Assembly (NCBI GenBank): GCA_024655925.1
Contig: JANLFS010000004.1
Location: 5,201-63,102 of the forward strand
Origin: Bacillota bacterium
GTDB taxonomy: Bacteria; Bacillota; DTU025; JANLFS01
Reading direction: 5' to 3'
Length of the DNA stretch: 57,902 bases
The position numbers were made by a program, and so were the translations under genes. How positions within the stretch are numbered: position 1 is the stretch's first letter; each line of letters opens with the position of its first letter. The notes below the pieces were generated by a model. That model saw only the letters and a list, made by a program, of their open reading frames with translations. It ran no database searches and was not told where the DNA came from. This document shows, piece after piece, positions 36,744 to 45,245 of the stretch.

Positions 36744-38209
36744 TGAAAGGCCCCCAACCCCTCATTTTCGAACTGAGTGCCCCCGGGCGTGCCGCGGTGG
36801 ATCTCCCCCAACCGGACGTGCCCACCTCTGATCTATCGACGCTGTTTCCTGCAAAATCACTTAGAGTTGACCCGCCGGGCCTGCCTGAGGTGAGCGAGGT
36901 CGACGTGGTCCGGCACTTCGTGAACCTGTCGCAACTCAACCATGCAGTCGACACCGGGTTCTACCCTCTCGGGTCCTGTACGATGAAGTACAACCCCAAG
37001 GTCAACGAGGACGCCGCAAGGCTGCCAGGCTTCACCGGTCTACACCCCGCGCAGCCCGAGTCTTCGGTGCAGGGTGCTCTGGAGTTGCTCTACTCTCTCG
37101 GCCGCTATCTGTCGGAGATCACAGGAATGGACAAGTTCACCCTCCAACCCGTGGCCGGGGCGCACGGCGAGATCACCGGGCTCTTCATCATCCGGGCCTA
37201 TCACCTGTCCCGCGGAGAGCACCGCACGAAGATCCTGGTGCCGGACTCCGCTCACGGCACCAACCCCGCAAGCGCTGCTGGCGCCGGAATGCAGGTTGTT
37301 CAGGTGAAGTCCGATTCTTCGGGCAATGTCGACATCGACGACCTCAGGGCGAAGATTTCTGGCGAGGTCGCCGCCCTCATGCTCACCAACCCCAACACTT
37401 TGGGGCTCTTCGATGAGCACCTCAAGGAGATCAATGAGATCGTGCATGGGGCAGGAGCACTCCTCTACTATGACGGGGCCAACGCCAACGCTATCCTCGG
37501 TAAGTCGAGGCCTGGGGACATGGGGTTCGACGTGATACACCTGAACCTTCACAAGACGTTCTCCACGCCTCATGGAGGGGGTGGGCCGGGTTCCGGGCCG
37601 GTCGGGGTCAAGGAGTTCCTCGAGCCATTCCTTCCCACGCCCCTCGTTGAGTTCGATGAGGCATCCGGGATGTACCGGTGGAATTACGAGCGGCCCCAGT
37701 CCATAGGGCGCGTCCACTCATGGAACGGCAACTTCGCGGTCATGGTTCGCGCTTGGGCCTACATCCGATCCATGGGCCCCGACGGGCTTAGAACCGCGTC
37801 CGAACATGCCGTGGTCAACGCCAACTATGTAATGCGCAAGCTGATGCCGTTGTTCGATCTGCCTTACGACCGCCCGTGCAAGCACGAGTGCGTCCTCTCA
37901 GGCACAAAGCAGAAGAAAGCCCACGGGGTCCGCACCCTCGACATGGCCAAGCGCCTGCTGGATTTCGGGTACCATGCTCCCACGGTCTACTTCCCCCTCA
38001 TCGTGGACGAAGCAATGATGATCGAGCCTACGGAGACGGAAAGCCGGGAGACACTCGACGCGTTCATCGAGGTCATGACCAGAATCGCGCATGAGGCGGA
38101 GGAATGCCCGGATGTCCTGCACGACGCGCCTCATACAACGCCGGTGGGGCGGTTGGACGAAACACAAGCGGCAAGAAGACCTGTGTTGAGGTACAGCCGA
38201 GAGAGCTAA
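36743..38209 (+). CDS. gcvPB: Glycine dehydrogenase (decarboxylating) subunit 2
   Basis: PLP-lysine region [18 protein letters not shown]. Confidence 0.95.
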   Translation: MKGPQPLIFELSAPGRAAVDLPQPDVPTSDLSTLFPAKSLRVDPPGLPEVSEVDVVRHFVNLSQLNHAVDTGFYPLGSCTMKYNPKVNEDAARLPGFTGLHPAQPESSVQGALELLYSLGRYLSEITGMDKFTLQPVAGAHGEITGLFIIRAYHLSRGEHRTKILVPDSAHGTNPASAAGAGMQVVQVKSDSSGNVDIDDLRAKISGEVAALMLTNPNTLGLFDEHLKEINEIVHGAGALLYYDGANANAILGKSRPGDMGFDVIHLNLHKTFSTPHGGGGPGSGPVGVKEFLEPFLPTPLVEFDEASGMYRWNYERPQSIGRVHSWNGNFAVMVRAWAYIRSMGPDGLRTASEHAVVNANYVMRKLMPLFDLPYDRPCKHECVLSGTKQKKAHGVRTLDMAKRLLDFGYHAPTVYFPLIVDEAMMIEPTETESRETLDAFIEVMTRIAHEAEECPDVLHDAPHTTPVGRLDETQAARRPVLRYSRES

Positions 38210-38238
38210 GCAGGAACGGGGTTATCTCCGTTGCTGCC

Positions 38239-38265
38239 CGGGCGGCGCTCCAATTGCGCCGCCCG
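38239..38265 (+). other. GC-rich intercistronic stem-loop between gcvPB and the radical-SAM gene
   Basis: cGGGCGGCGC-tccaatt-GCGCCGCCCg forms a perfect 10-bp stem with no following U run. Confidence 0.6.
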
Positions 38266-38331
38266 CCTCTCTATCATGACGGAGACTGGCATGAGATACC
38301 AATTCAGCCCAAGGAGCCAGGAGGACGCGAA

Positions 38332-40248
38332 TTGAGCACAGCTGAGGATCGAGCCTGGTCCATACGGACCGCAAATTTCGCACCTGAGATAGTTTTTGCA
38401 AGACCATCCCAGACGCTGACAGTCTCCGTCACAGGCAGTGAGTGCGCCCTCGGCTGCGCCCACTGTGGCGGCAGGTACCTGGTGGGCATGCGCCCGGCGG
38501 CAGAGGCCCTGGCTGCTCTCACGTCTGGGGCGCGGACTCCCCGATCCCTTCTCGTAAGCGGCGGATGCGACCCCGGGGGCCGCGTTCCTCTCAGCACTTG
38601 GCTCCGGCAGTTGCGGGAGGCTTCCCCCGACGGGGTCAGGCTCAACTGCCACGCAGGGCTCGTCTCAGCCGATGAGGCCGCGGAGATTGCGAGATGGGCA
38701 GATATTGTCTCTTTCGACTTCGTTTCGGATCCTCGTGTGATCCAGGAGGTATACGGGCTTTCACGGTCGCCCGAGGACTACATCGACACCTACATGGCCC
38801 TGTCCAACCGCGTCCGCACCGTCCCACACATCTGCATTGGACTCGCGGAAGCACTGGAGACAGGTGGATCCCTGCATAGTGGTAACCCTGATTCTGAGAT
38901 AGGAGCTGTGGAGGCTCTGCGAGGGCTTGTGGACTCCGGCCGGGCCCCGCTCCCGCCCGCGCTTGTCTTCATCATTTTCACCCCGACCCGGGGCACCAGG
39001 TTCGAGAGCAAGCCGCCCCCTTCCCTCGCCCTAGTTGGTGCGGTTCTCGCCAGGGCGCGCGAAGTCTTCCCTGACATCCCTATCAACCTGGGGTGCATGC
39101 GTCCGACGGGTGACTACCGCACCCAGGTCGATACCCTCGCCATCAGGTGCGGAGTCAACCTGATCGTACAGCCCAGCGCCGGGGCTTTCGATGAGGCGCG
39201 GCTGCAGGGACTACGTGTTATCGAGACCTATGAATGCTGTGTGTTTGAGCCGACAAGGTCCCCCGGGGTATTGAAGATCAGAGCATCCTCCGGGACTGCG
39301 GCGGCCCTTGGGCTTCTTCCCCTCAAGTCACTCGCCGCCCCAACAACGGCCTACGTAATGGTCGGCGACAAGTGCGCGAGGGACTGCGCCTTCTGCGCAC
39401 AGGCCAGGAGCAGCACGGATGGAGAGGGCAAGCTGTCTCGAGTGACGTGGCCCGAGGTCCCGCGAGACGCTTTCGCCAACGCGCTTGCCCAGGCTGCGCG
39501 CTCGGGGCGGGTCCACAGGGCATGTGCTCAGGTAGTAGGGGGCTTGGATGCCCTGGCGGCCGCGGTTGAGGCAGTCCGATTCCTCCGACAAACGGGCGGA
39601 GCAGGATTTCCGGTGAGCGTGTCGTTCAGTGCCACCTCTGGCGAGAAGGATGTTGAGGCGCTTCTGGAAGCGGGGGCCGACCGGGTGGCTCTCCCGTTGG
39701 ACGCGTGTGAGGCCTCCATCTACCAGAAAGTCAAGGGGCACGATATGTCCAGGGCACTTGAATTGATCCTTCGGTGCGCACGGGCGTTTCCGGGAAGGAT
39801 TGGGACTCATCTCATCGCGGGGCTAGGCGAAAGCGAAGAGGATCTGATCCGCCTTGCCAGCAGGATGTTCGACGCAGGCGTCGGCGTCGGCCTGTTTGCC
39901 TTCACGCCTCTTCCCGGCACCAGGCTTGCCGGGGCGCCGCCTCCAGACATCGGGTCTTACCGTCGTGTCCAGCTATGCCTCTACCTCATGAGACAAGGGT
40001 TGGCCCTGGTTGGGGACTTTGATTTCCGTGGAGGGACGGTTCGGAGGATTGCGATCCCTGCTGAGACCGTAATGAAGGCGGCCCTATCAGGTGAGCCGTT
40101 CAGGACATCAGGGTGTCCTGACTGCAACCGCCCTTTCTACAATGAACGTCCTGGTGGCACCATGTACAACTACCCTGAACCCCTTGAAGCGCGTGACGCC
40201 GAGACCGCTGCAGAAACCGCGCTCATCGGAGTAGAATTGGGAGACTGA
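38332..40248 (+). CDS. Two-module radical-SAM protein (two CX3CX2C triads); candidate fused LipS1/LipS2-type lipoyl synthase
   Basis: TTG 38332 lies 7 nt after AGGAGG. The first triad is CALGCAHC (38443..38466) and the second is CARDCAFC (39373..39396), about 310 residues apart. The C-terminus carries GCPDCNRPFYNE. The gene lies between gcvPB and a lipoate/octanoate ligase. Confidence 0.85.
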   Translation: MSTAEDRAWSIRTANFAPEIVFARPSQTLTVSVTGSECALGCAHCGGRYLVGMRPAAEALAALTSGARTPRSLLVSGGCDPGGRVPLSTWLRQLREASPDGVRLNCHAGLVSADEAAEIARWADIVSFDFVSDPRVIQEVYGLSRSPEDYIDTYMALSNRVRTVPHICIGLAEALETGGSLHSGNPDSEIGAVEALRGLVDSGRAPLPPALVFIIFTPTRGTRFESKPPPSLALVGAVLARAREVFPDIPINLGCMRPTGDYRTQVDTLAIRCGVNLIVQPSAGAFDEARLQGLRVIETYECCVFEPTRSPGVLKIRASSGTAAALGLLPLKSLAAPTTAYVMVGDKCARDCAFCAQARSSTDGEGKLSRVTWPEVPRDAFANALAQAARSGRVHRACAQVVGGLDALAAAVEAVRFLRQTGGAGFPVSVSFSATSGEKDVEALLEAGADRVALPLDACEASIYQKVKGHDMSRALELILRCARAFPGRIGTHLIAGLGESEEDLIRLASRMFDAGVGVGLFAFTPLPGTRLAGAPPPDIGSYRRVQLCLYLMRQGLALVGDFDFRGGTVRRIAIPAETVMKAALSGEPFRTSGCPDCNRPFYNERPGGTMYNYPEPLEARDAETAAETALIGVELGD

Positions 40249-40253
40249 GCAGA

Positions 40254-41069
40254 ATGTCGAACGAGAACACGACGGTCTGGAGAATAGTATGGAGCCCGGC
40301 GTTGCCCGGGCCGGAGAACATGGCAGTCGACGAGGCAATCCTGGAATCGGTCAAGCAGGGGCTTGCGCCGCCCACTCTCCGGTTCTACACTTGGAGCCCA
40401 GCGTGCGTCTCGATCGGGTACTTCCAGTGCGCCGCGGCCTCCACAGACATGGCGGAGATCAAAAGACGCGGGCTGGGGTTCGTCCGCCGTCCCACCGGCG
40501 GCAGGGCGATACTCCACGACGATGAACTCACCTATAGCGTGGTTGCGCCCGTCAGCCTGCTTCCGGGCCCAAGCAGCGTGCTCGACACCTACCTCACCAT
40601 CAGCCGAGGGCTCCTCTCCGGCCTGCTCGCACTTGGGGCACAGGTGGAGCTTGCGCCCCGTGGAGGAGACCGTCCAGGGCATGCCAAGTCCGCGGCATGC
40701 TTCGACACCCCGTCCTCGTACGAATTGGTCTCTGGAGGTCGAAAGGTCGTGGGGTCCGCCCAGACCCGGCGGGGTGGGGTCCTCCTTCAGCACGGTTCAG
40801 TCCCTATTTCCATGGATTTCCAGCTCCTGACGGCGGTGCTCGGGCTCGAGCCCAGAATGAAAGAGACTCTCCGCTCAGGAGTCGTCACTGTCAGTGAACT
40901 GCTCGGCCGGGGAATCGAGCCGCGTGAACTCGGGGAAGCGCTCGCGGGCGGGCTCATCCGTGAGGTGCTCGGAGCCTGTGAACGAGGGGAACTCACAGGG
41001 GGCGAGAAGGCCCTAGCGGCGGAGTTGGTGGCTAAGTACAACAGCGATGAGTGGAACTTCGTGCGGTGA
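40254..41069 (+). CDS. Lipoate/octanoate--protein ligase family protein (BPL_LplA_LipB catalytic domain only)
   Basis: NMAVDEAILESV, RRPTGGRAILHDDELTYS and the catalytic-Lys region GRKVVGSAQTRRGGVLLQHGS. 271 aa with no LplA C-terminal accessory domain. Confidence 0.85.
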   Translation: MSNENTTVWRIVWSPALPGPENMAVDEAILESVKQGLAPPTLRFYTWSPACVSIGYFQCAAASTDMAEIKRRGLGFVRRPTGGRAILHDDELTYSVVAPVSLLPGPSSVLDTYLTISRGLLSGLLALGAQVELAPRGGDRPGHAKSAACFDTPSSYELVSGGRKVVGSAQTRRGGVLLQHGSVPISMDFQLLTAVLGLEPRMKETLRSGVVTVSELLGRGIEPRELGEALAGGLIREVLGACERGELTGGEKALAAELVAKYNSDEWNFVR

Positions 41070-41805
41070 CGAAGCTGGAGAGTTCCTCGAAGAGCCTTTC
41101 CTGGTCTTCACCGAACATGCACATGTGCCTGGAATTGGGTAGGAGTACCAACCGCTTGTCCACAGAGGCCAGGTGGTCGGCAATGTACCTAGCGTCTTCG
41201 GGAGGCGCGGTCCGGTCCTGAGCCCCCGCCACTACGAGTGCAGGGGTGGTGACCTTGGCAAGGTTTCGCCTCACGATGGACATCAAACGGATCAGGCTCT
41301 CCGCACATACGAGAGGTTTCTGAGTATACGCCACCTTGTTTACGCCGCTCGACACCTCCGGAGGCACCGGGGCGGGCGGGTCATACTTCTGGAAGAACTT
41401 GAGTATCGGGAGCAACACGACTCTCGGGTCTCGGATGCGCATGGGCGAGCTGATGACCGCGATCCCGTCCACTTCATGCCTCTGTGCGAGGTAGAGGGCA
41501 ATCAACCCTCCCATGGAGAACCCCACTACGAAGACGAGGTCGTGCTCGCTCTTCATGCGAACCAGAGCGGACTCGGCGCACCCGACCCAATCGGTGAAAC
41601 GCGTCCGGCTCATATCCTCCACCGACGTTCCATGGCCAGGCAACCGGGGCGCGTACGCGAAAATCCCTCTCGATGCGAGATGCTCTCCGATGGGCCTGAC
41701 CTCCGAGGGCGACCCTGCGAATCCATGGATGATGAGCGCCGCAACCCTGCCGTCCCCAGCCGGGATCGTGAAAGTTTCAGCGCCTCTCATCACCTCCGGC
41801 TGCAT
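41032..41805 (-). CDS. Alpha/beta-hydrolase (carboxylesterase / monoacylglycerol-lipase-like)
   Basis: HGFAGSP oxyanion region, nucleophile elbow GFSMGG and a C-terminal His region NSRHM. 257 aa. Confidence 0.8.
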   Translation of the reverse strand: MQPEVMRGAETFTIPAGDGRVAALIIHGFAGSPSEVRPIGEHLASRGIFAYAPRLPGHGTSVEDMSRTRFTDWVGCAESALVRMKSEHDLVFVVGFSMGGLIALYLAQRHEVDGIAVISSPMRIRDPRVVLLPILKFFQKYDPPAPVPPEVSSGVNKVAYTQKPLVCAESLIRLMSIVRRNLAKVTTPALVVAGAQDRTAPPEDARYIADHLASVDKRLVLLPNSRHMCMFGEDQERLFEELSSFVTARSSTHRCCT

Positions 41806-42684
41806 TCAGCGCCCCTCCCGGTCCAGGAATCTCGCAGCGCTCAGTCCGGCGACCTGCCCTTCGCCGACAGCCTTTGCCACCTGATAGGGCCTGCCTACAC
41901 AGTCGCCCGCCGCGAAGACCCCCGGGACCGACGTCGCCATGTCACGGTCCACGCGTATCACACCCTCCGCCATCTCAAGTCCGTCGAGGAGCCTCTCAAC
42001 GGGGATTGACTCCCTGATGATGAAGACCCCATCTGCCTCGATGGTCCCGTCTTCGAGCTCCACCCCAGTCACGGTGGATTCTCCCAGGATCGCCCGAACC
42101 TTGCTCCTTGTGACCCGGATCTCTGGCTTAAGCTTGGGTGCCCCTTCCGTGCCGGCCCGGTGGAGCATCACGTAGGTTACCTCCGAGCATATCTCTACGA
42201 GGAAGTTCGCTTCCTCCTCCGCGTGGGGCGCCAGTGCGATCACCACGACGCGCTTCCCGCGGTAGAGCGGGCCGTCACAGGTAGCACAGTAGCTCACACC
42301 CATGCCAAGGTAATCTGCTTCACCACGGATCGTTGCTGCCTGTACAGCACCAGTGGCAAGAACCAGTGTCTTGGCAGAGTAATCACCCGAGGGGGTGAGC
42401 AGCGAGAACGAATCGCCGAGGTTGTATATGCCGATGACTTCCTCCTCGATAAGGTTCGCGCCTGTCTTCCTTGCGTGGTCCAGAAACCGCGTGATGAGTT
42501 CTCGCCCGGGAATCTTCTCGACCCCGAGGTAGTTCTCAATAGCGGGCGCACGCTCAAGGCTCTGGCTTCCAAGCCTGCGCGAGAGCACGGCCACGGACTT
42601 GTTCCTTACCCGGGCGTTCAGAGCGGCGGAGAGTCCCGCAGGACCGCTTCCCACGACCACCACGTCGAACGCGCGCCCTTCCAT
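41806..42684 (-). CDS. Thioredoxin-disulfide reductase-like flavoprotein
   Basis: FAD fold DVVVVGSGPAGLSAA and redox motif CATCDG. A short 292-aa form. Confidence 0.8.
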   Translation of the reverse strand: MEGRAFDVVVVGSGPAGLSAALNARVRNKSVAVLSRRLGSQSLERAPAIENYLGVEKIPGRELITRFLDHARKTGANLIEEEVIGIYNLGDSFSLLTPSGDYSAKTLVLATGAVQAATIRGEADYLGMGVSYCATCDGPLYRGKRVVVIALAPHAEEEANFLVEICSEVTYVMLHRAGTEGAPKLKPEIRVTRSKVRAILGESTVTGVELEDGTIEADGVFIIRESIPVERLLDGLEMAEGVIRVDRDMATSVPGVFAAGDCVGRPYQVAKAVGEGQVAGLSAARFLDREGR

Positions 42685-42691
42685 GGAAACT

Positions 42692-43546
42692 TCAACTCCT
42701 CCTGGTGCAGGCTGCCTCGAGAGTGTTCTTCATGAGCATGGCTATGGTCATGGGGCCAACACCGCCAGGAACGGGGGTTATGTATCCCGCGACCTCCGAT
42801 GCCTGGGCGAAGTCGACATCGCCCACCAGCCTCTTGTCCTCGAGCCTGTTCACGCCCACATCTATGACAACCGCACCCGGCTTGACCCAGTCGCCCTTTA
42901 TCATCTCCGGCCTGCCCACCGCGGCAACTAGGATATCTCCCTCGCGGCACACCGCGGGCAGGTCCTGCGTGCGGGAGTGACAGATGGTGACCGTGGCGTG
43001 CTCCGCGAGAAGCATGAGGCTCACCGGCTTCCCCACGATATTGCTACGCCCAACGACCACGGCGCGTTTGCCCCGGACCTCGATCCCTGTGCGGTGAATC
43101 AACTCCATTATCCCCGCGGGAGTGCACGGGCGGAGACCGGGTTTCCCAATCACAAGATTCCCTACGGAGACGGGGTGGAACCCATCAACGTCCTTCCCTG
43201 GGGTTATGGTCTCTATAACTTGGTCCTCATCGAGGTGGTCCGGTAGGGGCAGCTGCACAAGTATGCCGTCGATAGCCGGGTCCTCGTTGAGCGCGCGGAC
43301 CAAACCCATCAGTTCCTCCTGTGTCGCCTTCTCGGGCAGGGCATGCTCTTCCGAATAGATGCCAACCTCCGCGCATGCCTTCTTCTTGCTGTTGACATAC
43401 ACCCTCGACGCCGGGTTGTTGCCGACAATGACCACGGCGAGCCCGGGGACTCTGCCGTGTGCGGCCTGGTAAGCCTCTACCTCTTCATGCACGGACTGCC
43501 GTATGGAGGCAGCAACGGCCTTGCCGTCAATGATCGTCGCGGACAT
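42692..43546 (-). CDS. folD: Bifunctional methylene-THF dehydrogenase / methenyl-THF cyclohydrolase
   Basis: [17 protein letters not shown] and [11 protein letters not shown] motifs. Confidence 0.95.
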   Translation of the reverse strand: MSATIIDGKAVAASIRQSVHEEVEAYQAAHGRVPGLAVVIVGNNPASRVYVNSKKKACAEVGIYSEEHALPEKATQEELMGLVRALNEDPAIDGILVQLPLPDHLDEDQVIETITPGKDVDGFHPVSVGNLVIGKPGLRPCTPAGIMELIHRTGIEVRGKRAVVVGRSNIVGKPVSLMLLAEHATVTICHSRTQDLPAVCREGDILVAAVGRPEMIKGDWVKPGAVVIDVGVNRLEDKRLVGDVDFAQASEVAGYITPVPGGVGPMTIAMLMKNTLEAACTRRS

Positions 43547-43605
43547 CCAACCACTCCTGTCTGCCGAATTGGCGCCTCTTGTCCATGTTCCGGCCGCCGA
43601 ACAAC

Positions 43606-43640
43606 ATTATACCATCACAGGCTCCCGATAGCACCAGATA
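43606..43640 (-). promoter_or_regulatory. Candidate folD promoter with an extended -10
   Basis: The minus strand reads TGgTATAAT (TATAAT = 43611..43606). The -35 is weak. Confidence 0.45.
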
Positions 43641-43735
43641 GGACGGGCGGGGAGGGTGGTATTGAGATCATTAATATACACCCCTGAGGAATATCGTGAT
43701 GTTCAATCCCGATGTTGACTCTGTTAATTTGCTTG

Positions 43736-43764
43736 TTGACATTCTTAAGCCCGCCCCCTATACT
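43736..43764 (+). promoter_or_regulatory. Near-consensus sigma-A promoter of the small ORF
   Basis: TTGACA (43736..43741), a 17-nt spacer, then TATACT (43759..43764). Confidence 0.7.
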
Positions 43765-43809
43765 AGGAATCGACGACCGGCGGGCGCAACGCGGAACGGA
43801 GGTACAGCA

Positions 43810-43971
43810 ATGATCATGATGATCGGAAACGTCAAAGTCGAGATCAAGCGGGTTCGGAAGGGCACAGACCGCGTCGAGCAGGAATACGCCGTCCACAAGG
43901 CACTTGCGGAGGCTGAAATGCAGCGGGACAAGGCAATTGCCGATTTCGCCATGAGAGGCGTGATCCTGTAA
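43810..43971 (+). CDS. Small (53-aa) charged helical protein, function unknown
   Basis: MIMMIGNVKVEIKRVRKGTDRVEQEYAVHKALAEAEMQRDKAIADFAMRGVIL. ATG 43810 lies 7 nt after GGAGG. The longer track ORF (43696) lacks a Shine-Dalgarno and starts upstream of the promoter. Confidence 0.55.
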   Translation: MIMMIGNVKVEIKRVRKGTDRVEQEYAVHKALAEAEMQRDKAIADFAMRGVIL

Positions 43972-44009
43972 GATGGCACCAGTACTTACACTCTAGGGGG
44001 AGAGGTCCA

Positions 44010-45182
44010 CTATGTGGCGCCTCTCCTCTGACTTTCCACACAGCTCAACTTCCCCAAAGCCCCGCCTGTGCCGTGCGGCAGCACGCACGTTTCGTTCACA
44101 TAACAACCCTTCCCATCTGGGGTTCTGACACGCAGAAGGTAGGGTGGGTCGTGCACAAGGCCCTCGACGGCATTCCGTTCGGATTCCAGAACCGCCACGT
44201 CCAGCCCGGGAGCGAGGGTCCAGGTGACGTCCGAACCGGGATACTCATAGGCCACCGCGCCTTCCCGTGATATTTTGCCTTCCGACAATACGAAAGCAGT
44301 CCACCGGTCGCTCCAGCAGAACCTCTGGGAGACCTCTCGGGAGGCCACGGTCACGAAAGTGTCTTCCTCCTCGACGTGCTTCTGGTACTCCTGCACGGAC
44401 CTAGTCACGATACAGGGTACTTCTGCCCCCTGGAACTCCACTTCGGTTCTGCTCACGACCCTGACCCACTCCGCCGGGGCCGAGACCGCGGTGGCCGGCA
44501 CGGTTGCCTCATCAGGCACGCGTGCAGGTCTTGCCCTGGCGGCTGCGACGCGCCACGCAGACCGAGCAAGATCACCCCCGCCCTCACTCCAACCTGTGTT
44601 CCAGACCGACTCCGAGCGGGTGGTTGCCGACCACACCTCGACGAGTTGCCGCCCGTTCCACGCATATGCGGTGGACACAGTCGCCTTCGACAGTGCACCG
44701 ACACTCTGATCATACTCTGCCTCGGCGAGAATGAGGGTGGCCCAGATAGGCCCCAGTTCCTGCCCTCCTCCTTCCGCCCCTGGCGCCGCGCCTTCAGTCG
44801 AGCGTGCAGGGCGCATATGCACGGCGGAGAGTCGCGTGACCGGTCCAGATTCCACTGAGCCCAGGAGTCTGTAGCCACGGGACGTTTTCGTGTGCAGTTC
44901 AATGTAACCCTGATACCTTGACACCGTGCGCGTCGTGGCAATCTCGTTCCCAGGGTCAGGCGTGATGTCTATCTCCAGGCTCACCCCGCCGGTGGCCTGG
45001 TCCCCGGCGCCCGATGGCACCGACCAGGTCTGCCTTGCGTACCGGGTTGCCCATACTCCAACAACTAGAACAGCGGTGCACACTAAGACGAGGCTTGCGG
45101 CGGCTGCCTGCCTGGTCAACCCGGCTGCGAACCGCTTCCCTCGCACACGCTTGAGACGCCTGTCATGCCTGTGCATAAGCAC
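44010..45182 (-). CDS. Membrane-anchored hypothetical protein (N-terminal TM, extracytoplasmic domain), no recognised family
   Basis: 390 aa. A basic N-terminus is followed by the TM segment AAASLVLVCTAVLVVGVWA. I recognise no motifs. It lies downstream of murD on the same strand. Confidence 0.5.
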   Translation of the reverse strand: MLMHRHDRRLKRVRGKRFAAGLTRQAAAASLVLVCTAVLVVGVWATRYARQTWSVPSGAGDQATGGVSLEIDITPDPGNEIATTRTVSRYQGYIELHTKTSRGYRLLGSVESGPVTRLSAVHMRPARSTEGAAPGAEGGGQELGPIWATLILAEAEYDQSVGALSKATVSTAYAWNGRQLVEVWSATTRSESVWNTGWSEGGGDLARSAWRVAAARARPARVPDEATVPATAVSAPAEWVRVVSRTEVEFQGAEVPCIVTRSVQEYQKHVEEEDTFVTVASREVSQRFCWSDRWTAFVLSEGKISREGAVAYEYPGSDVTWTLAPGLDVAVLESERNAVEGLVHDPPYLLRVRTPDGKGCYVNETCVLPHGTGGALGKLSCVESQRRGAT

Positions 45183-45245
45183 CCCCCCCCACCTGCGCTC
45201 ACCACAATCCTACGCAGGCCGCGGGGGCGAGATTCCGGGGATGGA

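Noticed and set aside
38104-38331. N-terminal 76 codons of track ORF 38104..40248, overlapping the 3' end of gcvPB
   Set aside because: This region contains no start codon with a Shine-Dalgarno, overlaps gcvPB in another frame, and has Arg/Gly/Ala-rich shadow-frame composition. TTG 38332 after AGGAGG is the credible start.
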